DNA of 64,000 nt from the IMG/VR virus record IMGVR_UViG_3300008111_002316; one strand, written 5' to 3'. Position numbers and translations under genes: made by a program. Under the pieces are notes generated by a model that worked only from the letters and a program-made list of their open reading frames with translations, was not told where the DNA came from and searched no databases. This document shows, in pieces, positions 10,995 through 21,120 of the stretch (within the stretch, counting starts at the first letter, position 1; the number at the start of each line of letters is the position of its first letter). This DNA comes from an uncultured virus (IMG/VR IMGVR_UViG_3300008111_002316). Its lineage: Duplodnaviria; Heunggongvirae; Uroviricota; Caudoviricetes.

Positions 10995-11440
10995 ATAGGG
11001 TTAGTATAGAGAAAAATCCATGTAAAAATTATCACTCTTCTTGACAGTTATTGAGAATTATTCTCGTTAGCTATAAACAAAAACTCAAATTGGTCTACGA
11101 TTTTAGTAGGGTTTTTGTTGTCGGTTATGGTATATACAGGTGTTAGTCTAACCACGTCAAGGAGAGGGTTTGCCTACGGTCAGAAGCTGGTCTTTTTGAC
11201 ATTGGCACTATTGAAATTAATTCTCAACTAATTTACCATTTGACAAGCAGTCCTTTGGGTATGAATGGTATCCTATCTACCGTAAAAACGAGATACTGAG
11301 ACTAATATATTCATCATAATAAATCGGTCTGGGCAACCAAAGAGGGAAAAAGCCCACAAGCCTTACCCCATAAGGGTTCCCAGTCCCACCAGCTAAAAGT
11401 TGAAGGGGTTCAAAACTATTTGCTAATCAATTAAAATACT

Positions 11441-11875
11441 TTAAAAGTCTTTTGAGCTTAACTGTCTAAAAAATATTTTGTCCTGAAGGTTAATCCAAAA
11501 ATAATAATTAGCATATAAAATATCAGGATGAATAAAAGGAATTTTGTGATAATCAAATAACTCAAATTGGTCATCTTTCAAACCAATAACTAAGCCGTTA
11601 TAGACATCCCATTCGTAGACAGAATCAGGAGTGGCGTTAGGATTTTCAGAAGGGCGTATAGAGAGCAAATCAGTATCTTTAATCAAAATCCACTTATCAG
11701 GATTAAGAATATCTTTAGCAGAACCACCACCAAAAGCATACCCAAAAAAGGAATAATTTTGATTGTCGGAGTATTCATTCACATTAAGCCAAAAATCTTC
11801 AGAAAGATTATTAACAGCCAACATTAGTGAAGCATTATAAGGGGAGTAGATGGTTAAATCGATATTGTTATTCAT
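11441..11875 (-). CDS. Hypothetical acidic/aromatic protein, candidate immunity protein
   Basis: 144 aa; overlaps the stop of the upstream toxin-like gene. Confidence 0.5.
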   Translation of the reverse strand: MNNNIDLTIYSPYNASLMLAVNNLSEDFWLNVNEYSDNQNYSFFGYAFGGGSAKDILNPDKWILIKDTDLLSIRPSENPNATPDSVYEWDVYNGLVIGLKDDQFELFDYHKIPFIHPDILYANYYFWINLQDKIFFRQLSSKDF

Positions 11876-14411
11876 CGGAAATATCTGGTTCTTTAGGCAA
11901 AGGTTTTAATTGGTCGTCTAAACTTGGGAAGTTGTCTGTTAGAGTCGAGCCAGTAAGTCCATTCATTATAGCATTCATCACCATTTTGGGGGTAGCATTA
12001 GCAGGAAGTCCCCAAATTCTAGGATTTTTTATAGCAGAGTCAAAGAATTGGCTTGGTGTGTGATTTCTAATATAGTCAGCGTTAAGTCCTTGATTGATTA
12101 TGAAATTAGTTACCTTATCAATTTCTTTAATCACGTTTTTTGTGTTCTTTATTTTTTCTTGAATATTTTTAATAGCCTCACTTTGGGAAGAATTTTGGTC
12201 TGAGGGTAACAAATCATTTATTGAAGCCGCAGACTGGGTTAAAAAAGCTAATCTTTCCTCTAATTTAGTCAAATTATTGACGTAAGAAGGTCTGATTCCA
12301 TTTTTGTAGTAATTATACTTAGCGGAATTAGAGATAATAGCTTTTTCACTTGTTGAGGGTATTTCTTCAAGTAGGGATATTACTGCTTTTTCAACTTGTT
12401 CATAAAGTTCGATACGACGATACAAGTATAAATTATCACGAACCTCATCATGTCTTTCAGACTCTACTTGACCTTTACCAGCTTTTAACTTTCCTGTTTT
12501 GAGTCCTTCTTCTAATTCTGTCTGAAGTTTTTTAGAGACGTTTAATTTAGAAGCTAATTCAGAAAGGTTTGATAGTTGAGATTTTTGAATATCATTATCA
12601 GGTTTTATGGTGTAATTTTCGACAGGGTGTAATAAACCATATAAACTGTTGACTCTAGACTTCTCATGATAAGCAATGGGTAAATCCAGATATAACTTAG
12701 GCGAGTGGTTCATTTCAGAAATAGCTTTGTCCCAAGAAACAGTTTCTCCAGATTCAGGATTTTTAAACCCAATGATAGTGTTGTCGGTTTTGTCTACAAT
12801 TAACTCCCAATTATTGCGATAATAACTTAATGGTAAATCTTTTAAAAAAACAGAACCTTTTAATTTTGCGCCTTTTTCCGAGAAATAATCTTTATAAAAA
12901 TAAGATATATTACCACTTTCATCATAGTTTACGGTTAAGCCTAACAAATCTTCTTCGGAAATAGCTTTAAGTGAATCTTTACTATTACTACCATAAGCTT
13001 TTTCAATGGCAAAATAAGGATTACCATTAACATCAAAAGATGCAAATTGGTTTACATGATGGAGTTGATACCCCTGTTTAATTTTAGTAACTGGGACTTG
13101 ATAAATATCATCTTTTTCCAAGTTAAAAAGAAAAAGTTGAATCCTTGCCTTATCAACATCATTACCAATCTCAAAAAGTAATTGTTCCCGTAATTGCATT
13201 AATTCTAAAATTGGTAATTTTTTTAAAAACGTATCCTTAATTTGGAGTTTATTGCTAAGAATAGTTCTATCACCTACGACTTCAGCATTTCTACCAAGTT
13301 TTGTAACATACTCAATTAATAGTTTTGTTTCTGTTTCTATTTCTTTTATTATTTCTTTATCAGATTTGGGTACTTTTGCGGATTCGTTAGCAATTAAAGC
13401 ATTTCGTATAAGTTCTTCTTTTTGAATGTTAATGGAGTCTATAGTTGATTTCAGGAACTGTGCTATTTGCTCTTTGTCAGCAACTTTTTCGACCTTATAT
13501 GTACCAGCTTCTTTTGCGGCTTTAAAGTCTTTTCGCTTTGAATTTGCAGAATCATTGACAGATTTAATGTCTTTAAATAGTTCATTAACTTTATATTCTG
13601 GAATAGTGCTTAATTTTGCCCAAGTCGTAGAACTTAAAAAAGAAGCAACTAACCTGCTTTCAAAAAATTCTTTGTTTAATGCGTCAACGTCGTTTTGTTT
13701 AACTAAAGCCGCTCTAATATCTTTTAAAGAATTGTAAACTTGACCGTCAGCAAAAAGTTCAGGAGCCTTAAAATTAATAAATCTTCGATATTCATCTAAG
13801 AGTTTTTTTCTATTTTCAGCAGTAAGCAGACTAATATTATAAGACAATAAAATTTGTTTTGTTGAAAATTCTCCAAAAGCCTCTCTAAATTCTTTAAGGT
13901 TGTTTAGCATAACAGAAAAGTTTCGCTCACCCGATTTTAGCATAATACCGGCTGGTTTTATTTTACCTCTAGAATCTTTAGGTAAAGCTGTACCTTTGGA
14001 ACTTAAAGGTTTACTTTTTTGAGTAACTATTTCTTCAATTTTTTCTAAAAGAGGCTTAATCTTTTTAGCAAAAGATATGCGAATCAATTTTGAGTTAGGT
14101 TGATTTTTTTTTGCACTTTTGGAATCCAGAGTTAAAAGATTAGGTTGAGACTCCTGATTTTGATTTTTAAGTTGAGATTTTTTATCTTTAGCTATCTTTT
14201 CCTTTCTTTGTTGACGATTAAATTTACCATAAGCTTTACTTACGGCTCCCTCAAATGTAAATTTCCCACTAGCATCTCTTTTAACATCAGATTCTTTAAA
14301 GATTCTGTATATGTTAAACTTACCAAAAGCTTTTGTGCGATAAGCAATTGACCCTTTAATTTTGGCTTTGGTATTTATTTTTAAGCCTTTAGCCTTTCTA
14401 TTTCGCCTCAT
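11868..14411 (-). CDS. Large minor-head-position protein with a putative LHH (HNH/EndoVII) nuclease motif
   Basis: Directly after portal. RDASGKF motif; YQLHHVNQ ... AYHEK ... LLHP ... ERHDEVR. Confidence 0.5.
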   Translation of the reverse strand: MRRNRKAKGLKINTKAKIKGSIAYRTKAFGKFNIYRIFKESDVKRDASGKFTFEGAVSKAYGKFNRQQRKEKIAKDKKSQLKNQNQESQPNLLTLDSKSAKKNQPNSKLIRISFAKKIKPLLEKIEEIVTQKSKPLSSKGTALPKDSRGKIKPAGIMLKSGERNFSVMLNNLKEFREAFGEFSTKQILLSYNISLLTAENRKKLLDEYRRFINFKAPELFADGQVYNSLKDIRAALVKQNDVDALNKEFFESRLVASFLSSTTWAKLSTIPEYKVNELFKDIKSVNDSANSKRKDFKAAKEAGTYKVEKVADKEQIAQFLKSTIDSINIQKEELIRNALIANESAKVPKSDKEIIKEIETETKLLIEYVTKLGRNAEVVGDRTILSNKLQIKDTFLKKLPILELMQLREQLLFEIGNDVDKARIQLFLFNLEKDDIYQVPVTKIKQGYQLHHVNQFASFDVNGNPYFAIEKAYGSNSKDSLKAISEEDLLGLTVNYDESGNISYFYKDYFSEKGAKLKGSVFLKDLPLSYYRNNWELIVDKTDNTIIGFKNPESGETVSWDKAISEMNHSPKLYLDLPIAYHEKSRVNSLYGLLHPVENYTIKPDNDIQKSQLSNLSELASKLNVSKKLQTELEEGLKTGKLKAGKGQVESERHDEVRDNLYLYRRIELYEQVEKAVISLLEEIPSTSEKAIISNSAKYNYYKNGIRPSYVNNLTKLEERLAFLTQSAASINDLLPSDQNSSQSEAIKNIQEKIKNTKNVIKEIDKVTNFIINQGLNADYIRNHTPSQFFDSAIKNPRIWGLPANATPKMVMNAIMNGLTGSTLTDNFPSLDDQLKPLPKEPDISDE

Positions 14412-16284
14412 AACCAACTCCCTCTAAAACTTCTTCTGGCGTAGCGTCAATTAATTTACCTAATTCTTCAGCTAATATCATAATTATTTGTTTTGCTTCT
14501 TCAGGTGAAATATCTTCATTAAAATTAACAGAAGCAAGAATATCTTCAGTTTTATTATTAGAAAGAGTAGCTAAAGCATTAGCTAGATTTACCACAGTTT
14601 CAAAAGGGTCAACAGTTTTTTCAGTTTCTTCAGAATCAGTTGTGGGTGAGTTCTTACCTTCAGGGTTTTGAATAGCTTGCATTTCAAGCATTTGTTCTTT
14701 AATTCTGTCCCATTCTACTGAGGGGTCAAAGCCTAATAATTCTTGAGCAGTAGAAACAGAAACGATTTGGTTTAAGACTAAAGACGTAAGTTCTTCTAAA
14801 CCAAGTTCAGGATGGTCGACTTTTGAGAAGTCTTGTAACGTTTCCTTATGAATAATTTCTTGTTCAAGAATTGAAGCGTTAGGGGTTAAAGCTCGTTGTA
14901 GGTCTTCAACCACTAGGCGCATAGCAGTATTGGAAATAGGAGTGTCTAAAGCCTCTAAAAGGGAAATTCTATTTACTTTTGTGTCAACAGTATCTAAAAC
15001 AAATTCATTAAGACCAGAAACTGAAATTTGAGAAATTTCCTCTTTACTAAAACCCTGAGTTAAAGCAACTAATTTATAACATTCTTCAAGAAAAAACAAT
15101 AATTGTTCACCGTAAGCGGCAAGAGCTTGTTCTTGACTAATAAAGTCCATACTTTTTGCTATGCCAGATTCTTGCATTGGTCTATCATCACCAGCAGAAA
15201 TACCATTAGAAAAAATTAAATCTTTAATTCTACTTTCTAGTTTTCCTAGATAGCCAGCAATGGTATTAATAGCAGTACCTGTAGTTTCATTAAAAGTAAA
15301 TCCTTGTCCAATTAATACTCGATGGTTTCCTGTTTGACCTCTGGCTTCTTCCAAGTCAACCATTTTATCTGCGGATTCTGACATAGGAGTAAATAATCTT
15401 TGAATTTGACCGGCAACATTTGCGGTATATGTCAAATTATTATGAACCCTAATATGTTCCAAAACTAAAAATATAGCTTCTTTAGTGACCCAAAGATTTT
15501 CAGGAATTTGAATTTTTACAACGGGAATAGTGCCTCTTTCATGAGCAACTTGTTTAAATAAAGGAATCATATAAGAACTTGAATTAAACTCCGATTGGAC
15601 ATCGGGTTCAAGTTTTCCATTACTATAAATCATTGGGCAACGATAGCTAGTAATAAAAGTATCATCGATAAATGTCCATTTCAGAAAATATTGCGTTTCA
15701 CCTACAGGGCTATAATTGGTTTCTAATTCTCTAATTTTTATCCATTTTAGCTTTCCATCAAGTTCTTGATAGTGAATTACAGAACGAGGGTCATACAACG
15801 CAATATAAGGCATTAAACCTAATTCTTCTTCTTCTTTTTTATTAGTCGGTAAAATGTCTAAATAATCTTTTTCTATTACTGCGTATACTTTTTCATATTT
15901 TAAAAGTTTAAAGAAAACATCTTTAATAAAAGCTTTTTCTTTTTGATGATTACCGTTAACAGATTCTCTAAATTTAGACCAAAATTCTTTGTGTTTAGGG
16001 CTTTCTGAAAAACCATTAATAGTATGATTAGATGCAGTCATTCTATTCAACAATTGAGCTAAACATTGCCCTAAAATAGGAACATAAGTGAAGAGTCTTT
16101 TACGGTATTTGTAAATTTCAGCATCTTCATCGGGTTTTTTAATTAAATATTTTTCTAAATTATCTTTTAATCTTTGCCCGCCGCCTAATAAGTCGTCAGT
16201 CATATTAAAAAGTTCCTGATTTTGTTCAACTTCAGGGTGGACAGATTCTAAAATTTCAAATGCTACTTTTTTTGGATATTCCAT
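14398..16284 (-). CDS. Portal protein
   Basis: Follows TerL. YLIKKPDEDAEIYKYR and ESGIAKSMD motifs are typical of siphophage portals. Confidence 0.8.
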   Translation of the reverse strand: MEYPKKVAFEILESVHPEVEQNQELFNMTDDLLGGGQRLKDNLEKYLIKKPDEDAEIYKYRKRLFTYVPILGQCLAQLLNRMTASNHTINGFSESPKHKEFWSKFRESVNGNHQKEKAFIKDVFFKLLKYEKVYAVIEKDYLDILPTNKKEEEELGLMPYIALYDPRSVIHYQELDGKLKWIKIRELETNYSPVGETQYFLKWTFIDDTFITSYRCPMIYSNGKLEPDVQSEFNSSSYMIPLFKQVAHERGTIPVVKIQIPENLWVTKEAIFLVLEHIRVHNNLTYTANVAGQIQRLFTPMSESADKMVDLEEARGQTGNHRVLIGQGFTFNETTGTAINTIAGYLGKLESRIKDLIFSNGISAGDDRPMQESGIAKSMDFISQEQALAAYGEQLLFFLEECYKLVALTQGFSKEEISQISVSGLNEFVLDTVDTKVNRISLLEALDTPISNTAMRLVVEDLQRALTPNASILEQEIIHKETLQDFSKVDHPELGLEELTSLVLNQIVSVSTAQELLGFDPSVEWDRIKEQMLEMQAIQNPEGKNSPTTDSEETEKTVDPFETVVNLANALATLSNNKTEDILASVNFNEDISPEEAKQIIMILAEELGKLIDATPEEVLEGVGYEAK

Positions 16285-16325
16285 TTAAAAACCCAACGCT
16301 ACTAGAGTGTTGGGCGATTTTAGGT

Positions 16326-19061
16326 TCATATTAAGCCCGCAAATAAAGAGTTAGACTTTGTAACGGGTCTTTCTGGTGTAGTAATGACAGAACCCTCTGG
16401 GATAATGTTTTCGATGTTTTTATGTTCTAAAGTTGCTAACACATATCTTAAAGCATCGCAATTACTCACTAATACTGCGTTTGAGCCAATTTTGATGAAG
16501 TAATTGTGTGACTCCTCGACTTCTATGTTATATACTCGGTTTACTGAGTATTTACCTACACATTCTAGGGCTGGGCTTGACCCTAGTGTATCTGCTAAGT
16601 TAGAAATTCCTATAAGTGACAGCCATTGAGATTTGTCAAGATTTTTTAAATGGTTCGTAACACTAAGGTTCTCGGCACTTATCAAACCATTATAAGTGTA
16701 AAAAGGGTGGTCTGGAGTACAGCGCACAATAGCTGAAGAATTGTAATCTTTAACTTCTATCGTTTCTGCCAATCGGGAACCAGTGAAAGTAATATTTTTT
16801 AATCCATTAGAAGACCACACTTTGTCTTTAACTTTCAGGCTTTCTATATTTTGCCATCCTGTTTCTGTTAAAACCTGTGTGCCAGCCGCAAAACAAAGAT
16901 GGTCTTGTTGAGATTCAGCAACTTCTTCTTTAATAAATCCTTCTTTGGATGCCCGATGATATGCTCCCATATCTTCATAAACCCTTCTGCAAGATTCGGC
17001 TATCATTAAGCGTTTTTGATAAAGTAAAGTGTTTACAATACCATTACCTTCACTAACACGATTATAACCCCCCATAAGTTTAGGAATCCCTGACTTTCTC
17101 ATAGTTAAAATTCTACCGGGTTGTGAAGGGTCAGCAAATGAACGGCTCACATTGTGTTCACTCACAAACTGAAGAGCTTTGTCGTTGTGAACTCGTTGTT
17201 CAATGGCAGTATTAGGGTTAGGATTTTCCCAGAAATCAATAATAAAGTAAGTGTTACCCATTTTACCCACCACAACTAAAGCTGGATTGACATCCCCCCA
17301 GTCAACACCTAAATATACTTGTTCAAAGTAAGTAGGTAAATTCTCATCAGAAATAATATTGTCAGTAGATAAGGAAGAAAAAATTTGACCATCAAAATTT
17401 TCCCAAGAAGCCAAACATTCTTGTCTAAATACTTTTTCTGGTAAAGATTCTTTTATACGTTCAATTTCTTCACGAGGAATAAAGGGGTTGTCATAAATTG
17501 TACGATGGAAAGCACCCCAATCTTTGTATTTTTCCCCATTTTCGTACAAACTGTGAAAAAAAGTTCCATAACCTTTAGGTGTATTATGACTAATAAACCC
17601 GTTACTCCAGAAAGAATTTGTGTTAGGTACTGTAAAATCGTAAGTCTGATTTTCAGAGTCACTAATTGATTCTATAGTGTCCCAAAAATAGTCATTAGAA
17701 TTAAAGGGTTCATCGGGAGGGTTTAATTTTTGTACTCCTAGGCTACTTGTTTTTTTGTTATCAGACCCAAAACCAATTAATTGACAATAAGTGTCAAAAT
17801 GTGAACCAGTTAGTTCTAATTGTGCCATTTCTGGGTCATGTGGTAATAAAAAAACTTTTGCAATTACTCCTAAGTTAGAAAGTAACAATTGAAATTGTTG
17901 AGCTAATGTTTTATTACAAGTGAAATGAATAATTTTTGCTACTCTGTTACCTGTAGTACCAATCGAACCAGCAATGTCCATAAACCCTTGAATAAAAGAG
18001 ATAGCCCAAGATTTACGCCCTTGAAACAACCATAATGGTAAGGTTCTTCTTCTCCGACTCACAGTGGACATCCCTATATGCTTTAGTAACTCTACTAAAT
18101 CGTTATCTACATACGACCAAACATTTCCTACATCTTGTTTAAATATAGCCCCTAAAATCTTACCACTTTCTAGAAACTCTCTCATTTGTTGTGTAGTAGT
18201 TTTTACGGTAATGTAATACTTACCATTTTGTTTTTTGTGGGTTCCTTGAGATAACCATAGACCAAGAAAATAGGCAAAATCTTTGGTCATGCCTTGATTA
18301 GGTTGTAGCCAACCTTTTGTTTTAGGGACATATTGTCTTTTGATTTTGAAACCATCTATAGGGTCTTTCGTACCCCAAATGTCCATACCATGTGCTATAG
18401 CCACTGTGTCCCCCTCTTTTAGTTCTTCCATTTTTTTCCAGCCATTTTTTGTCCAAATAGGATGGTTTAAAGAAGCTTCTAAAGTGAATCCAAAAGAAGA
18501 TGTGATGATTTTGGTATTGGTATATCCATTATTAAAAAAAGAATCTGCTTTATGAAATTCATTATTGAGTCCATAAAGTTCAACATCCTTTAGCGGTTGA
18601 TACTCTTTTGCACAACTATCCTGATTAAATTCAACAATTTCTGTCATGCCTTGTCTAGGTAAGACAAAGGTGTTAGGAGCCACACAACCTGTCAATAAAG
18701 CACATGACCCTTTTGTATCAATTAACGCTGGCATAATAACTTCCATCCATGCTATAGGTTTAATGTCTTGCATTTCATCAAGACCTGCGAAATAAATTTT
18801 TAACCCCCTACAATTGTCCCCATTGTCTTCATTTAAACCCGCTTGTTTTAATGAGGGCATTCCCAATAAAACTACAGGCGGTGATGCTTTATCATACGCC
18901 CCTTTATAATTGAGTGCCTTATCTATAATCATTGTCAACATAAGTCTCGATTTACCGTATCTTCGGGAACTCACTAATACTTTAAATCTTTTAGGACTAA
19001 CAAATACTGTTTGTTGACCAGGGTGCAAATATAACTTTAATGTTTTATTCCTTTTTAACAT
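16326..19061 (-). CDS. terL: Terminase large subunit with two inteins
   Basis: RRYGKS (Walker A), GLDEM (Walker B), TG|TPKG, GVDWG, DHL|CDALRY. Confidence 0.9.
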   Translation of the reverse strand: MLKRNKTLKLYLHPGQQTVFVSPKRFKVLVSSRRYGKSRLMLTMIIDKALNYKGAYDKASPPVVLLGMPSLKQAGLNEDNGDNCRGLKIYFAGLDEMQDIKPIAWMEVIMPALIDTKGSCALLTGCVAPNTFVLPRQGMTEIVEFNQDSCAKEYQPLKDVELYGLNNEFHKADSFFNNGYTNTKIITSSFGFTLEASLNHPIWTKNGWKKMEELKEGDTVAIAHGMDIWGTKDPIDGFKIKRQYVPKTKGWLQPNQGMTKDFAYFLGLWLSQGTHKKQNGKYYITVKTTTQQMREFLESGKILGAIFKQDVGNVWSYVDNDLVELLKHIGMSTVSRRRRTLPLWLFQGRKSWAISFIQGFMDIAGSIGTTGNRVAKIIHFTCNKTLAQQFQLLLSNLGVIAKVFLLPHDPEMAQLELTGSHFDTYCQLIGFGSDNKKTSSLGVQKLNPPDEPFNSNDYFWDTIESISDSENQTYDFTVPNTNSFWSNGFISHNTPKGYGTFFHSLYENGEKYKDWGAFHRTIYDNPFIPREEIERIKESLPEKVFRQECLASWENFDGQIFSSLSTDNIISDENLPTYFEQVYLGVDWGDVNPALVVVGKMGNTYFIIDFWENPNPNTAIEQRVHNDKALQFVSEHNVSRSFADPSQPGRILTMRKSGIPKLMGGYNRVSEGNGIVNTLLYQKRLMIAESCRRVYEDMGAYHRASKEGFIKEEVAESQQDHLCFAAGTQVLTETGWQNIESLKVKDKVWSSNGLKNITFTGSRLAETIEVKDYNSSAIVRCTPDHPFYTYNGLISAENLSVTNHLKNLDKSQWLSLIGISNLADTLGSSPALECVGKYSVNRVYNIEVEESHNYFIKIGSNAVLVSNCDALRYVLATLEHKNIENIIPEGSVITTPERPVTKSNSLFAGLI
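16461..16895 (-). mobile_element. Intein 2 (145-aa mini-intein)
   Basis: CFAAGTQV...CTPDHPF...VYNIEVEESHNYF..VLVSN followed by C. Confidence 0.9.
17583..18686 (-). mobile_element. Intein 1 (368 aa) with LAGLIDADG-type endonuclease region
   Basis: CVAPNT...TYDFTV..NSFWSNGFISHN followed by T. Internal YFLGLWLSQG and FIQGFMDIAGS. Confidence 0.9.
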
Positions 19062-19218
19062 CCAAAACCCTATTCAAAGTTTATCGAAACTCACATCAAA
19101 AAAATGGGCGAAACTTTCCTTAACTTTATGCGTCTTATCACAGATTTGCAAAAACCCCTTGACAATCTAGTTTAGAAGTGCTATTATATATATAACTGGT
19201 ATCAACTAAGATTAAATT

Positions 19219-19851
19219 ATGCGTCAATCCACCGACAAAGACTTTGTTAATGCACTAACTTCTTACTGGGAGTTCACAAGCACTACTGTCGTATATCCTT
19301 CAAAAAAATCACTGGAATACGTCACTCTCGGTTTGATTAGTGAAATCAACGAATTGGTTAACAACTCTTTTGCTTTGCTTATGGCTCATCAAGAAGGTGA
19401 GCTAGAGGTCGAAGAAAGTGTTTTAGACATAGAACGAACCAAGTTGCTTTTAGAACTAGGCGATATACTTTACTATGTGACTCGTTTGTGTATTCACCTC
19501 GGTTATCGCTCTGTCAAAAATTTTCTAGTTAATGCTAAAATTTATCAAGAGTCGAAATTTAATAAAAGTCTTGAAAAATCTGATTTTTTCTCGACTTACA
19601 TGACTCTTAATCTTGCGTCGGGAACATTAGCTGGGCTTATCAAAAAATATGTTCGTGGTGACTCCAATTATCAAGACTTGTCTCTTTTACAGGTTTTTTG
19701 TGAATCCTCCCTATTCATTCTGTTCTTGACAATAGACGAACTAGCCTATGAATTGAATAGTGATTTGAAAACTGTCATGGACGATAATACTAATAAATTG
19801 ACAAAACGGAAAAATGCGGGTACTATTCAAGGAGACGGGGATTTCCGTTAA
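19219..19851 (+). CDS. mazG: MazG-like nucleotide pyrophosphohydrolase (tandem domains)
   Basis: LGLISEINE..ELGDILYYV; C-terminal NKLTKRK..IQGDGDFR. Promoter TTGACA-17-TATTAT at 19159-19187. Confidence 0.75.
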   Translation: MRQSTDKDFVNALTSYWEFTSTTVVYPSKKSLEYVTLGLISEINELVNNSFALLMAHQEGELEVEESVLDIERTKLLLELGDILYYVTRLCIHLGYRSVKNFLVNAKIYQESKFNKSLEKSDFFSTYMTLNLASGTLAGLIKKYVRGDSNYQDLSLLQVFCESSLFILFLTIDELAYELNSDLKTVMDDNTNKLTKRKNAGTIQGDGDFR

Positions 19852-19880
19852 GGTTTGTCATTATTAAGCTTGGTGAACTG

Positions 19881-20471
19881 TTACCAACAAAAGTTGGCAA
19901 CCTTTTTTTTTTTTTTGATTAAGCCGCCAAAGCAGTTAATACATGAGGAATTATAGGGTGTCTTACACATGATACTTTGGGATGGGTCGCCAATAATAAC
20001 AAGTTTTGACCCGTGAGATATTCTCGTGATTACACAATTAAAAAGTCTTTGAGTCGCATCTTCTGCTTCATCAAAAATAATAAATGTGTTAGATAATGAT
20101 GCCCCTTTAAGTTTTCCAATATGTGAAATTTCTAATCTGGTTTTAAACTTTCTAAGCTCATCAGGGGAACAAATTTCAGATAAATTAGTCCAAAGAGGAA
20201 GTCCTAAAAAATCAATTTTTTCCCTGTATTCACCAGGCAAAGCCCCAATATCTTGTTCATCTGGTTCATTAACAAATGGTCTGACATAAAGAATAGAATC
20301 AATCGGCGATTCAGGATTATTTATAGCTAAAATAGCCGCATACATGGCTAATAACGTTTTTCCTGTCCCTGCTTCACCAATTCCTAAAGTGATAGTATTT
20401 TCTCGAATGGATTGTAAGAATTTTGCTTGCGAGTGGTTCTTGGGTTTAAGACCTTTTGCAATGTTGACCAT
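19881..20471 (-). CDS. phoH: PhoH-like ATPase, C-terminus apparently truncated
   Basis: GEAGTGKT, GALPG, IFDEAED, ITRI..SKLVIIGD..Q. The sequence after GDPSQS is aberrant. Confidence 0.8.
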   Translation of the reverse strand: MVNIAKGLKPKNHSQAKFLQSIRENTITLGIGEAGTGKTLLAMYAAILAINNPESPIDSILYVRPFVNEPDEQDIGALPGEYREKIDFLGLPLWTNLSEICSPDELRKFKTRLEISHIGKLKGASLSNTFIIFDEAEDATQRLFNCVITRISHGSKLVIIGDPSQSIMCKTPYNSSCINCFGGLIKKKKKVANFCW

Positions 20472-20520
20472 TTGGTAGGTTTTAAATAAAGGATTAATCT
20501 TAAAATGGGCGAGGAGTGTT

Positions 20521-21063
20521 TCAGTTCAAAACATCGTCTTCAGCATTAGAAGCAAGGTTCGTAGTAGGTAAAAATTGGGGGTAAACATCAACTTCTAAAA
20601 AGACTTCTTCTCCCTGTTCTGTCAGAGAATCAACTTTTTCGAGAATCATTCCTAATTGTTTATGTGCTTCTAATGAGGCATTAAGGTTTTTAGCCGTTAA
20701 AGTAACAATATCACCTCTGTTAGTGGCTTTTTGTTCTTCATATCCTTCTTTACCCATTATCATTATATCGGTTAAAAATTTGACTCTAGAGTGTAACGTT
20801 GAAAATTTTAGTTCCCCTAAAAGTATCCCCAATTTTACAGATTCCGCTCCTCCAAATTTATGTTTAAAAAGACGGTCTGGCTCTAATTGTAAAACATTTA
20901 AAACAAGTTTTTCGTCTATAGTAATGCAATCAAGATTTTTATTAACTCGTCTGGCTATTTCAGCATCTGAATATTGAGGATAACAACCCCTATAATAACA
21001 AATAGCCTCTTTTATTAACTCAGGAACTTCTTCAGGATTTGTTAATTTAATTAGTTTAGACAT
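20521..21063 (-). CDS. Putative terminase small subunit
   Basis: 180-aa helical protein with an N-terminal HTH-like segment, close to and upstream of TerL. Confidence 0.45.
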   Translation of the reverse strand: MSKLIKLTNPEEVPELIKEAICYYRGCYPQYSDAEIARRVNKNLDCITIDEKLVLNVLQLEPDRLFKHKFGGAESVKLGILLGELKFSTLHSRVKFLTDIMIMGKEGYEEQKATNRGDIVTLTAKNLNASLEAHKQLGMILEKVDSLTEQGEEVFLEVDVYPQFLPTTNLASNAEDDVLN

Positions 21064-21120
21064 TCCATTTTTAGTTACTTAATTTGGCTATTTGTTTTCA
21101 AGGATGGGACTTGTATCCTA

